From Ilumatobacteraceae bacterium (lineage in GTDB: Bacteria; Actinomycetota; Acidimicrobiia; Acidimicrobiales; Ilumatobacteraceae), in the NCBI GenBank assembly GCA_963772825.1, contig CAVYYX010000001.1:53976-117975 (forward strand): DNA of 64,000 nucleotides, in the 5' to 3' direction. Both the position numbers and the translations under genes were made by a program. The stretch's first letter is position 1, and each line of letters opens with the position of its first letter. Positions 37,516-46,848 of this stretch are shown in pieces. A model generated the notes under the pieces. That model made no database searches. It saw only the letters and a program-made list of their open reading frames with translations, and had not been told where the DNA came from.

Positions 37516-38778
37516 TCACGGCACGGCAGCCGTCAGCCAGTCGCGGATCTCGTCGCTGTGCTCGCCGAGCCGCGGCGGTGCACGGTGGTAGTCGATCGCG
37601 TAATCGCTGAGGCGGATCGGATTGCGCACGAGGTCGACCGAACTGCCGTCCTCGCCAACCGTCACCCGCGGTTCGAGGCCGAGCCGCTCGGCGAGCTCGA
37701 TGCCCTCGCCGATCGAATTGATCGGACCACACGGGACACCGGCCTTGTTGAGGGCGAAGAAGAGATCGTCGGCCGTCCACTGGGCGAGCCGTTCGACGAG
37801 GATCGGATGGAGCTCGGCGCGGTTGGCCGTGCGGTCGGCGTTGAGCCGGAAGCGCTCGTCGTCGGCGACTTCGCCGATGCCGAGGACCTCGCACAACGAC
37901 CGGAATTGGCGATCGTTGGCCGCCGTGATGATGACGTCCCGGTCCTTGGTCGGCATCGGCTGATACGGATAGACGCTCGGGTGGGCGTTGCCCATGCGGT
38001 GGGGCACCACTCCCCCGGCCGTGAAGGCGGCGGACTGGTTGACGAGCCCGGACAGCGCCGACGACAGAAGGTTGACCTCGACGTGCTGGCCGCGGCCCGT
38101 CTCGGCGCGCTGGCGAAGGGCGGCGAGCACGCCGATCGTCCCGTGCAGTCCGGTCATCACGTCGAACACTGCGACGCCCGACCGGTAGGCGGGGCCGTCG
38201 GGCTCGCCCGTCAGGCTCATCAGCCCGGAGACCGCTTGGACCACGAGGTCGTACCCGGGAAGCCAGGCGCCCTCCGCCGTGCCGAACCCGGTGATCGAGA
38301 GATAGATCAGCCGCTCGTTGAGCTGCGCGGCGTGTGGGAAGTCGAGGCCGAACTTGGCGAGGCTTCCGGGCCGAAAGTTCTCGATGGCGATGTCGGCGCG
38401 CCGCAACAGTTCCTGGGCGAGGACGACGTCGTCGGCATCCCGGAAGTCGAGCACCACCGAGCGCTTGTTGCGATTGATCGACTGGTAGTACGTCGCGACG
38501 CCGTCGTTCTCGGGCGGCATCCACGTCCGCGTGTCGTCGCCGGCCGGACTCTCCACCTTGATGACGGTGGCCCCGAGGTCGGCGAGGAGCATCGAGCAGT
38601 ACGGGCCGGCCAACACCCTCGAGAGGTCGGCGACGATGACCCCGTGAAGCGGTCCCTTCGAGGCGTCCCCCGATGCGAGCGACGAGGCGCCAGCCGAGGA
38701 GCGACCAGGAACGGCCTGCGTGGCCGGGGAACGCAATGACGGTCCTTGAGCGCCCCCATCGCTCGAAACATCATCCAT
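37516..38778 (-). CDS. Family III CoA-transferase (CaiB/BaiF type)
   Basis: GPLHGVIVADLSRVLAGPYCSMLLADLGATVIKVE and YYQSINRNKRS. The first ~35 codons (38778-38670) are largely occupied by repeat family A (38678-38735), so the true start is uncertain. Confidence 0.85.
   Translation of the reverse strand: MDDVSSDGGAQGPSLRSPATQAVPGRSSAGASSLASGDASKGPLHGVIVADLSRVLAGPYCSMLLADLGATVIKVESPAGDDTRTWMPPENDGVATYYQSINRNKRSVVLDFRDADDVVLAQELLRRADIAIENFRPGSLAKFGLDFPHAAQLNERLIYLSITGFGTAEGAWLPGYDLVVQAVSGLMSLTGEPDGPAYRSGVAVFDVMTGLHGTIGVLAALRQRAETGRGQHVEVNLLSSALSGLVNQSAAFTAGGVVPHRMGNAHPSVYPYQPMPTKDRDVIITAANDRQFRSLCEVLGIGEVADDERFRLNADRTANRAELHPILVERLAQWTADDLFFALNKAGVPCGPINSIGEGIELAERLGLEPRVTVGEDGSSVDLVRNPIRLSDYAIDYHRAPPRLGEHSDEIRDWLTAAVP
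38678..38735 (-). repeat. Interspersed repeat family A, copy 1 (sense orientation relative to the minus-strand gene)
   Basis: The reverse complement reads TGCGTTCCCCGGCCACGCAGGCCGTTCCTGGTCGCTCCTCGGCTGGCGCCTCGTCGCT, near-identical to 55639-55696. Confidence 0.7.
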
Positions 38779-38834
38779 GATGTGCCAACGTGAACGTGGA
38801 TCGACAGGCTCGTGACGGAGAGCGGAACGACTGA

Positions 38835-39674
38835 ATGAACGCCAGACCCAAAGCGCCGAGCAAGCGCAACGACAGCTCTGACTTCGTCGAGGCGCTCGCT
38901 CGCGGCCTCGACGTGATCAAGGCGTTCGGCCCCACGTCGATGGAGCTCACCGTCAGCGAGGTGGCGACACGGACCGGCCTGGCCCGGCCGACCGCACGCC
39001 GTCTGCTGATGACCCTCGAGCAACTCGGGTACACCCGCTTGTCGAACGGCGCGTACACGCTGACGACGAAGACGCTCGAACTGGGCACGTCGTACGTCTC
39101 CGCCCAGGGCCTGTGGGACATCGCCCGCCCGCACCTCGTGTCGCTCGTGTCGCAGACCGGCGAGTCGAGCTCGATGTCGCAGCTCGACGGCAGCGACATC
39201 GTGTACACGGCCCGCGTCGCCGTGCCCAAGATCATCGCCATCTCCGTGCACATCGGGACGCGCTTCCCGGCGGCGGCCACCTCGATGGGTCGCGTGCTGC
39301 TCGCCGACCTGTCGCCGTCAGAGCTGGACGACGTGCTGGCCACCCCATCGGCGTCAGGGGTGATCCCCCGCGTCGTGCTGTCACGGGCCGAGCTGGACAC
39401 GTCGCTGGACGAGATCCGTGAGCGGGGCTGGGCGCTGTCGGACGAGCTGCTCTCGTTGGGGATCCGTTCGATCGCCGCCCCGGTGCGCGATCGGTCGGGT
39501 CGAACAGCGGCCGCCATGAACGTCACCGTGCACGCCGCCGAGACATCGATCGAGAAGCTCGTCGACGAGTACCTGCCGCTCCTCCTGCAGACCGCCGCCG
39601 ACGTGACCTCGGCGTGGTCGAACCTAGCGATGCTGCCGCTCACTCCGTTCCCCGGCCACGAAGGCCGCGGCTGA
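38835..39674 (+). CDS. IclR-family transcriptional regulator
   Basis: N-terminal wHTH (LTVSEVATRTGLARPTARRLLMTLEQLGY) and a C-terminal IclR effector domain. Divergent from the CoA-transferase operon. Confidence 0.85.
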   Translation: MNARPKAPSKRNDSSDFVEALARGLDVIKAFGPTSMELTVSEVATRTGLARPTARRLLMTLEQLGYTRLSNGAYTLTTKTLELGTSYVSAQGLWDIARPHLVSLVSQTGESSSMSQLDGSDIVYTARVAVPKIIAISVHIGTRFPAAATSMGRVLLADLSPSELDDVLATPSASGVIPRVVLSRAELDTSLDEIRERGWALSDELLSLGIRSIAAPVRDRSGRTAAAMNVTVHAAETSIEKLVDEYLPLLLQTAADVTSAWSNLAMLPLTPFPGHEGRG

Positions 39675-39734
39675 CCGCTCGTTCGCTGGCGCTCACTCGC
39701 TCGCATCGGTGGAGCGTGCTCTGCCGAGAGTCGC

Positions 39735-40271
39735 TCACCGATAGGTGTTGTTGCTCGTGTGATCGCCGGCGAGCCAGCGCTCGAGCGTCTCGTGGGCGTC
39801 GGCGCGTCGCTCCACGGCGATGTCCTCGACCTCGGGGACGTCGACGGTGAACTCGAGGAGCATGCCGTTGGGATCCTCGGTGTACAGCGACCGGCAGTAG
39901 CCGTGCTCGAGGACGTAGGTGCCCTCCGGCTTCCAGTTGGCCTCCTTGAGGCGCCGCTCGAGCTCGGCCTGCCCCTCGGCGTCGACCTTCATGGCGACGT
40001 GGCGGAACGGCGACGGCGTGAGCTCGGGGTTGAACAGCTTGTCGTCGTCCTCGTTGGCGAACTGGAAGAACGCCAGGGCACTGCCGTCAGCAAGCCCGTA
40101 GAAGGTGTGGCAGTACACCCGCTCGGCGCCGAACAGCTCATCGGCCTCCGACCATGTGGCCAACAGCGGGAAGCCCAAGATGTCCTCGTAGAACGCTCTC
40201 GTGGCGCCCTGATCGTTGGTGACGTAGGCGGTGTGATGGAGGCGCTGTGCGATCGGTGCTGTGGTGGTCAT
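39735..40271 (-). CDS. VOC-family (glyoxalase / extradiol dioxygenase fold) protein
   Basis: LHHTAYVTND, FRHVAMKV and LYTEDPNGMLLEF are typical paired beta-alpha-beta-beta-beta modules. Confidence 0.75.
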   Translation of the reverse strand: MTTTAPIAQRLHHTAYVTNDQGATRAFYEDILGFPLLATWSEADELFGAERVYCHTFYGLADGSALAFFQFANEDDDKLFNPELTPSPFRHVAMKVDAEGQAELERRLKEANWKPEGTYVLEHGYCRSLYTEDPNGMLLEFTVDVPEVEDIAVERRADAHETLERWLAGDHTSNNTYR

Positions 40272-40333
40272 TCGTTCCCCCTCGGTGCCCGGTGGACGGA
40301 CGATTAGCCGTTGTGCGTACGCTATCGGCCACG

Positions 40334-41049
40334 TTGAATGCGCGGCAAGCTCCAGTATCTCCCGCCGCGGGCACCGCAGCGCCGATTGTCCTGGTCCACG
40401 GGGCGTGGGTCGGCGAGTGGTGCTGGGAGCCGATCGTCGGCCTGCTCGAAGCCGCCGGCCGGCCGGTGCACGTCGTGTCGCTCACCGGCCACGGCGCCCG
40501 GCGCAGCGAGTCGGGACCGCACATCACGCTCGGCGACCACGTCGCCGACGTCGTCGCCGATGTTCGACGAGCACGATCTCGATCGAGGCCACGCTGGTCG
40601 GGCACTCCTATGGCGGGCGGGTCATCACCAGGGCGTGGCCGCAGGTCGCCACGAGGGTGCGGCGGATGATCTACCTCGACGCCCACGCCCCGCTCGGGCC
40701 CGACGACGCGGCGGGCAGCGCGGCGCCGTACGAAGTCGACGACGACGGGATGATCGCGTTCGCCGAGTTCGTCCCGAGCGAGGGTGTCGTCGATGCGGCG
40801 TTCTTCGAGCGGCTCGTGCCGCAATCAGCGCGCACCCTCGCCGAGCCGTTCCGCGTCGAGCTCCCGGCGAGCCTCGACAAGACCTTCGTCCACGCCAGCG
40901 CCGAGCCGTCCGAGCAGTTCCAGTCGTACGCCGAAGCGGCGCGACGTGACCCCGCATGGCGCTACCTCGAGGTCCCGGCGACGCACTGGCTGATGTATAC
41001 CCATCCGCACGAGGTGGCCGCGATCATCCTCGACCCGGATCACGCCTGA
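40334..41049 (+). pseudogene. Alpha/beta hydrolase (esterase, PF12697-like) with two frame breaks about 25 nt apart
   Basis: The protein is spread over three frames: PIVLVHGAWVGEWCWEPIV...HVADVVAD in the first, FDEHDLDR in the second, and ATLVGHSYGGRVI...ATHWLMYTHPHEV in the third. Breaks at about 40559-40563 and 40584-40590. Confidence 0.7.
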
Positions 41050-41057
41050 GGAGAACG

Positions 41058-42200
41058 ATGGACGCCGAACGGATCATGTGCACCCACACCGGGAGCCTCC
41101 CGCGGCCGGACGACCTCGTCCAGGTCATGTGGGCGGTCGGCGACGGGATCCCGGTCGATGCCGCAGCGTTGGAGGCGCGCGTCGAAGCAGCGGTCCACGA
41201 GACCGTCCGCCGGCAGGTCGCCGCAGGGGTGTCGATCGTCAATGACGGGGAGATGTCGAAGCCGTCCTACGCCACCTACGTCAAGGATCGCCTCACCGGG
41301 TTCGACGGTGAGTCGGTGCAGAGCTACCACTTCGCCGACCTTGTCGACTTCCCACGAAGTGCCGAGCTCGTCGCCGCCAACCCGGGGCGTCGCAAGCGCT
41401 CGGCACCAGCGTGCACCGGGCCGATCGAGGTGGGCGACCCAGACGCAGCGCGCCGGGACATGGAGCACCTCGTGGCCGCCGCCTCCAGTGCCGACGTGAC
41501 GGGCATCTTCTCCAGCGCTGCGTCGCCTGGCGTCGTGTCGCTGTTCTTCGCCAACGAGTACTACGACACCCGTGAGGACTACGTGTTCGCCATCGCCGAG
41601 GCGATGCGCCACGAGTACGAGGCGATCGCCGCTGCCGGGGCGACGGTGCAGCTCGACTGCCCCGACCTGGCGATGGGCAGGCACACGATCTACGCCGACC
41701 TGGGCCTGGCCGAGTTCCGCCGCACGATCGAGATCAACATCGCCGCCCTCAACCATGCCGTGCGCAACATCCCGGCCGAGCAGCTGCGCATGCACCTGTG
41801 CTGGGGCAACTATCCCGGGCCGCACCACCACGACGTGCCGATCGGCGAGATCCTCGACCTCGTGTGGGCGGCCAAGCCGCGCACCGTGCTGTTCGAGGCG
41901 GCCAACCCCCGGCACGCCCACGAGTGGCTGGCCGTCAGGGAGCTCGGCATTCCCGACGACAAGGTGATCTGCCCCGGTGTCGTCGAGCCGCAGTCGAACT
42001 ACATCGAACACCCCGAGCTCATCGCCCAGCGCCTCGAGCGATGGGCGACGGTCGTCGATCCGAGCCGGCTGATGGCCGGAGTCGACTGCGGGTTCTCCGT
42101 CCACGTCGGGATGCAGGGCATCGACCCGGACGTCGCCTGGGCCAAGCTGGCCGCAATGGCCGACGGCTGCGAGATCGCCTCGCGCCGCCTCTTCGGCTAG
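41058..42200 (+). CDS. Cobalamin-independent methionine synthase (MetE C-terminal domain)-like family protein
   Basis: About 380 aa. THTGSLPRP, NDGEMSK, HLCWGNY and EAANPRH are typical of the MetE-like methyltransferase family II. GGAGGAGAA is upstream of the ATG. Confidence 0.75.
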   Translation: MDAERIMCTHTGSLPRPDDLVQVMWAVGDGIPVDAAALEARVEAAVHETVRRQVAAGVSIVNDGEMSKPSYATYVKDRLTGFDGESVQSYHFADLVDFPRSAELVAANPGRRKRSAPACTGPIEVGDPDAARRDMEHLVAAASSADVTGIFSSAASPGVVSLFFANEYYDTREDYVFAIAEAMRHEYEAIAAAGATVQLDCPDLAMGRHTIYADLGLAEFRRTIEINIAALNHAVRNIPAEQLRMHLCWGNYPGPHHHDVPIGEILDLVWAAKPRTVLFEAANPRHAHEWLAVRELGIPDDKVICPGVVEPQSNYIEHPELIAQRLERWATVVDPSRLMAGVDCGFSVHVGMQGIDPDVAWAKLAAMADGCEIASRRLFG

Positions 42201-43533
42201 TCGATCGGCGCGAGGTCACCGAGCGCGGAGAACAGTCGGTCTGCGTCAGCGACGATCGCCTTGCCGAGCGATTCGTCGAGGCCCGGATCGATGGCCCGAT
42301 TGGAGGCGATCCAGGTCACGAGTGACAACGTCGGCGCCATCTGCGTCTCCGGCAGATCGGCGAGGTAGCGGTGATCGACTACGCCGCGGTCCACGAGTCG
42401 CTGCAGGGCGGCGGCGAGGGTCGTGCCGAAGTAGCGGGATGCCCTCGACGACCCTCCTGCCATGAAACGCTCCTCGCTCCTCCCCACGGACTCTGCGTGC
42501 TTCTGCGAGGACGTCGGTGTGCGGTGGAACACGACGGGGGCGTTGCGAAACAACAGCCGCTCTGACGCGAACGCCTCGATCAGCACGAACACGCGCCCAT
42601 AGAGCGTCAGGTCGAGGTATCGCGCCGGGTCGACGGCCGCGAACGGCTTGCGACGGAAGATGACATGGCTCGTGAATCCCAGCGTGGAGAGGAAGCCCTG
42701 CCGTCTCGTCGCCTCCAGCAAGGTGGCGAAGAGGTGGGCGTCGCCGGCGGGGAGGTCGATTGGATCGGTCCCGGACACGGGTGGGTGGGGCGAGCCATCG
42801 GCATTGATGCGCTGCCGCTCGAAGAGGTACACGGACGGGTCGACGTCACGGAGATCGTCGATGACCGTGGAGAGCGCACCGGCCACGAACTTGTCGTCGT
42901 TGCCCAGGATGAGGACATGTTCCCCGCGACATGGCTCACACGCGGCAATGATGTTGCGCTCCAAGCCGACGTTCGTCGGCTGTTGCCGCAGCGACGCGAA
43001 TGGCGACCGTTCGGCGAAGTCGGCAGCGATCTCGAGCGTCTCCGGGTCCGAGGAGACATCGTCGGTGATGCAGACCTCGACGAGTCCGGCGGGGACCTCG
43101 GCCAGTTCGCGCTCGATGCTGTGCAGGCACTCGGCGAGCGCTGCCGGTCGGTTGAACGACGGAATGGCGATGCTCAGCAACGGTTCGGCGACGTTTGTCG
43201 TTTTGAGCGTGCTGAGTCGCTCGACCGAGACCCGCGATGGCGCGCGCACCGCAACCTTGTCGAGCAACTCACGGGCGGCAAGCAGTCCGGCTCGCGTGCC
43301 GCTGCGGTCAGCGCCTGTCGTTGGACATCGGCGGCAACCACGGTGAGCCGTTCGGCGTCTCGTTCGGCGATGGCAGCGATCTCGGCGAGCCGGTCGGCGT
43401 CTCGTCGGACCTCGTTGGACCATCGATCCACGTCGCTCGCCAGCCGCGATACCTCCGCCACGACGCCTTCGTTGGCGCGCCGGAGGTCATCGACAGTCCG
43501 GGCCAACGACGCCCACTCACGTCGCCGCCTCAT
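42197..43533 (-). CDS. Family 2 glycosyltransferase with N-terminal coiled-coil extension, frame broken near 43285-43300
   Basis: GT2 core LLSIAIPSFNRPAALAECLHSI...CITDDVSSD...ILGNDDKF. The upstream heptad-like segment MRRRREWASLARTVDDLRRANEGVVAEVSRLASDVDRWSNEVRRDADRLAEIAAIAERDAERL lies in another frame. The span is 1337 nt. Confidence 0.65.
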
Positions 43534-43661
43534 CACCACCGCGAGCGGCGATCGCCGGATCCAGCCACCGAGGGTGGTCGTCGACCAGCGGGTGGAACCG
43601 GTGCGCCGCACGGACGGCAGTGTAGGAATCGCCGCCGGCTGCGCGAGTCCGCAGGCGGCGG

Positions 43662-44860
43662 TCAGGCGACGACCATCTTGACCACCTCTTCGGCGAGCCA
43701 CGGAGCTGATCGAGTACTTGCCGGTGTCGATGGTGAAATAGCCGCCGCTCCTCGTGATGCCCACCTTCTCTCGGCGATGCAACGACGACAGCGGGTCGGC
43801 CAAGGACCCATGACCTGCCGCTGACACCCAGCCTCCGGCGACCGTCACGCTTGCGGCGTCTGCCTGAACGTCGACGAGCTCGGGGATGATCGCGCGCAAC
43901 CCCCGAATCGACTCGTTGCTCACCCGATCGCGAACGTCCACCGTGATCTGCCCCACCGACGGCGGATCTACCCCCTGACCTTCGGCGATCAACCCGGCCG
44001 GGTACCAGGACACGTAGAGGTCGCGCCCGGTGTAGTTCTTGACGTCGCCAAACGGTCCCGTCGCCACGACAGTGCTGGGTAGCGCGACCGGTGAACGGGT
44101 CCGGACGAAGAGTGCGAGACGGAATCGGTGGCTGTAGGACGCCGGTGGCGGGAGGTCGATCGAGGCGTCGACCCGCAGGCGACCATCCCAGAGCGCGTTG
44201 ATGACGGCGTCGTAGGGACCGTCGCTCCCATCCTGCGTCTCGACGAAGATCGGGTCGGCCGGCGACGTACGTCGCACTGCGACGATCTTGGTCGCGAGGC
44301 GCAGATCGATGGACGACGCGGTCAGGGCGTCGACGAATCGGTCCGCCACCCAGCCCGTCTGCACGGAGTGCTCCGGCACCCGGAATCCAGCGACGATCTC
44401 GGCGGTGTTGTACGACGTTGCGAGCTCGTCGGCAGACAACTCTTCGACAGCTGCCGTCGAGACGTCGACGAGGTATCGGTGTGCGGCATCGTGGCCCCGC
44501 GTCAGCTCGTTGACGGCCGCGAAATAACGCCCGGCCGACGAGGCATCGACCACGGACCGGCGATGAACCAGGTAGACATCACCTCGCTCGGTGATCCGGC
44601 CATCCAGCGAGCAACCGATGAGCTGCTCGGTGAGCGCCCTGAACCGCAGGCCACCCGGCAGCAAGCGGCGGGCCGTCGCGAGCCGAGGGGTCGCCACCGT
44701 AGAGATAGCCGAGATGGATCTTGCCCTCGTTCCACCGACTCGCCCCTTCAAACGGCGCGGCAGCGCGATCGAACAGAGTCACGTGGACGCCACGCCGGCG
44801 CGCCAACAACAGCGCAGCCGAGCTGCCCATGATCCCGGAACCGAGAACTGCGACGTGCAC
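43662..44860 (-). pseudogene. FAD-dependent oxidoreductase with two frame breaks
   Basis: The N-terminus VAVLGSGIMGSSAALLLARRG (GxGxxG) and the body (…YFTIDTGKYS) lie in different frames. The C-terminal WLAEEVVKMVVA-stop lies in a further frame. Breaks at about 44684-44690 and 43698-43703. Confidence 0.65.
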
Positions 44861-44869
44861 GTGGCGTCG

Positions 44870-45288
44870 TCAGAGGTAGGGCGCGTCGAGATACGACTCG
44901 ACGTGATACGGCTCACTGCTGAGGACGAGCAAGACCGATCCGGCGGTTGCGAACGTCTGACTCGACCAGACACCGGGTTTGATCACGAGACCGCGTTCGG
45001 GGCGGTCGAGTGTCACGGCCGCGTCGGTCTCACCGTCGTGGCAGATGGACGTTCACGACGCCTGACGGACAGTGCAGAAGCTGCCATGCGCTGCGATGGG
45101 CATGACCGCCTCGTCGTGCCCCCTGGAACGCCGCTGACGACGAATACACGCTCCGGCCGGAACGGGAGGTCACCGAATTCGTGCGGAACGAGAACGCCGC
45201 GCCGGTCGACGTGGATGGGCAGGTCGAGCGTCCGCCAACCGGCCAGCGCTCGCAGGCCGGCGGCCTGCTCGACGGTCAACCGGGCCAC
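44870..45288 (-). pseudogene. WxcM/FdtA-like cupin (sugar 3,4-ketoisomerase family) with two frame breaks
   Basis: Three consecutive frames give DLPIHVDRRGVLVPHEFGDLPFRPERVFVVSGVPGG, then RRGGHAHRSAWQLLHCPSGVVNVHL, then HDGETDAAVTLDRPERGLVIKPGVWSSQTF...SEPYHVESYLDAPYL. Breaks at a C5 run (45119-45123) and at about 45036-45046. Confidence 0.6.
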
Positions 45289-45373
45289 CTGCGCACGTCG
45301 CCAGTATGACCGACGAGCAACGGAGGGAGAGCGATCATCGTCGGCCCAACGACCGAACCTAGTCTCGTCGGCG

Positions 45374-45958
45374 ATGGACGGAACGCTGATGATCACCGGC
45401 GACGCGGCTGCCGATGAGCTGCTCAACACGGACGGCACGGCGCTGCTCATCGGCATGCTGCTCGACCAGCAGGTGCCGATGGAGATGGCGTTCCATGGCC
45501 CGGCGACGCTGCGCCAGCGACTCGGCCACCTCGACGCGGCGAGGGTCGCGGCGATGAGCGAGGACGAAGTCGTCGCCGTGTGCTGTGAGAAGCCGGCGAT
45601 CCATCGCTTCCCAGCGGCGATGGGACGGCGGATTCATGCAGTGTGCGTCGTCGTGAACTCCGAGTACGGCGGGCGCGGCGAGAGCGTGTGGAACGACGTG
45701 GCCACCGGCGACGAGCTGTACGCGCGCCTGCGGGGACTGCCCGGCTTCGGCGACGAGAAGTCACGGATCTTCGTCGCCGTACTCGGCAAGCGGATGGGCG
45801 TGCAACCGGAGGGGTGGCGTGCCGCCGCGGGCAAGTTCGGCGACGACACGCCGCGCAGCGTCGCCGACTCGACATCGCCCGAGACGCTTGCCGCCGTGCG
45901 CCAGTGGAAGCGAGCCCAGAAGGCGGCCCGCCTCGACAAGCAGGACCGCCCGCTATAA
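45374..45958 (+). CDS. HhH-GPD-type base-excision DNA repair family protein
   Basis: 194 aa. LLIGMLLDQQVPMEMAF, LRGLPGFGDEKSRIF hairpin-helix-hairpin region. Start at ATG 45374. Confidence 0.75.
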   Translation: MDGTLMITGDAAADELLNTDGTALLIGMLLDQQVPMEMAFHGPATLRQRLGHLDAARVAAMSEDEVVAVCCEKPAIHRFPAAMGRRIHAVCVVVNSEYGGRGESVWNDVATGDELYARLRGLPGFGDEKSRIFVAVLGKRMGVQPEGWRAAAGKFGDDTPRSVADSTSPETLAAVRQWKRAQKAARLDKQDRPL

Positions 45959-45964
45959 GCCGTT

Positions 45965-46063
45965 CTGGGCGGCTAGCGGTCCACAACGCGAACTGGGCGG
46001 CCAGACAGCCGTAATCCGGCCCGGACGCCGCCCAGATCGGGAAATGGACCGAAGGCCGCCCAG
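45965..46063. repeat. Four-site array: CTGGGCGGC x2 (28-nt spacing) followed by GCCGCCCAG x2 (28-nt spacing)
   Basis: Sites at 45965-45973, 45993-46001, 46027-46035 and 46055-46063. Between convergent stops at 45958 and 46076. Confidence 0.6.
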
Positions 46064-46075
46064 ATCGTCAACCGC

Positions 46076-46822
46076 TCAGAGGGCGGCGGCGGCTGAGGGG
46101 CCCGCGTCGGAGGCCTCGTCGCGGTGCAGCGACGCCCGCAACATGTGGACGCTCAGGCACAGCACCCAGATCGGGAAGATGAGGTCGGTGTACTCCAACC
46201 AACCGGTCGTCACCAGCATGACCAAGGCACCGCTGTAGCCGAACAGGACGATCCACCGCGGCACGAGCCCCAGACGAACCGTCAACGTGGTCGTCGAGAT
46301 CATGAACACGGCGGACATCCGCATCGCGTAGACCGAGAGCAGCGAACCGGTCACCCGCCGGCCGTACGACCACACCGAATCGTCTGGCGGCACTGCCCCG
46401 CTGTCGGGCGACACGAGCAGCCCGGCGGCGACGGCCCCGGTACAGAACAGCATCGCCACGAACAGCAGCCCGCTGCCGAGGAACACGGTGGCGAAGAAGC
46501 GGTCCTCGTTCTCGCCGATGCGGTCGCGCACTACGCCGATGAACCACAGGAAGGCGATTCCTGCGAACGGCAGCAGGTTGAGGGCGATCGCGACCGCGCG
46601 CCGGCGGTTGTCGTCGTTGATCCACTCGCCGGGATCATCCGAGGTCTCGGGGATGGCGAGGTTGACGAGGATCTGGGTGGTGCCCATCAGCACCGCGAAC
46701 ACGATGCCGGCGATCGCCGCGGCCCGCGGCGTGCGGATCGCGTTCTGCCTCGCGATCGCCCGTGACTTGATCGCCGACGTGTGCACCGTCGCGGAGTGTA
46801 AGTCGCGTACGAACGGCGCCAC
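46076..46822 (-). CDS. Integral membrane protein, function unknown
   Basis: Six predicted TM helices. Last gene of the minus-strand glycan operon. Confidence 0.5.
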   Translation of the reverse strand: MAPFVRDLHSATVHTSAIKSRAIARQNAIRTPRAAAIAGIVFAVLMGTTQILVNLAIPETSDDPGEWINDDNRRRAVAIALNLLPFAGIAFLWFIGVVRDRIGENEDRFFATVFLGSGLLFVAMLFCTGAVAAGLLVSPDSGAVPPDDSVWSYGRRVTGSLLSVYAMRMSAVFMISTTTLTVRLGLVPRWIVLFGYSGALVMLVTTGWLEYTDLIFPIWVLCLSVHMLRASLHRDEASDAGPSAAAAL

Positions 46823-46848
46823 GGCAGGGGCGGCGACGCCCGCCGCCC

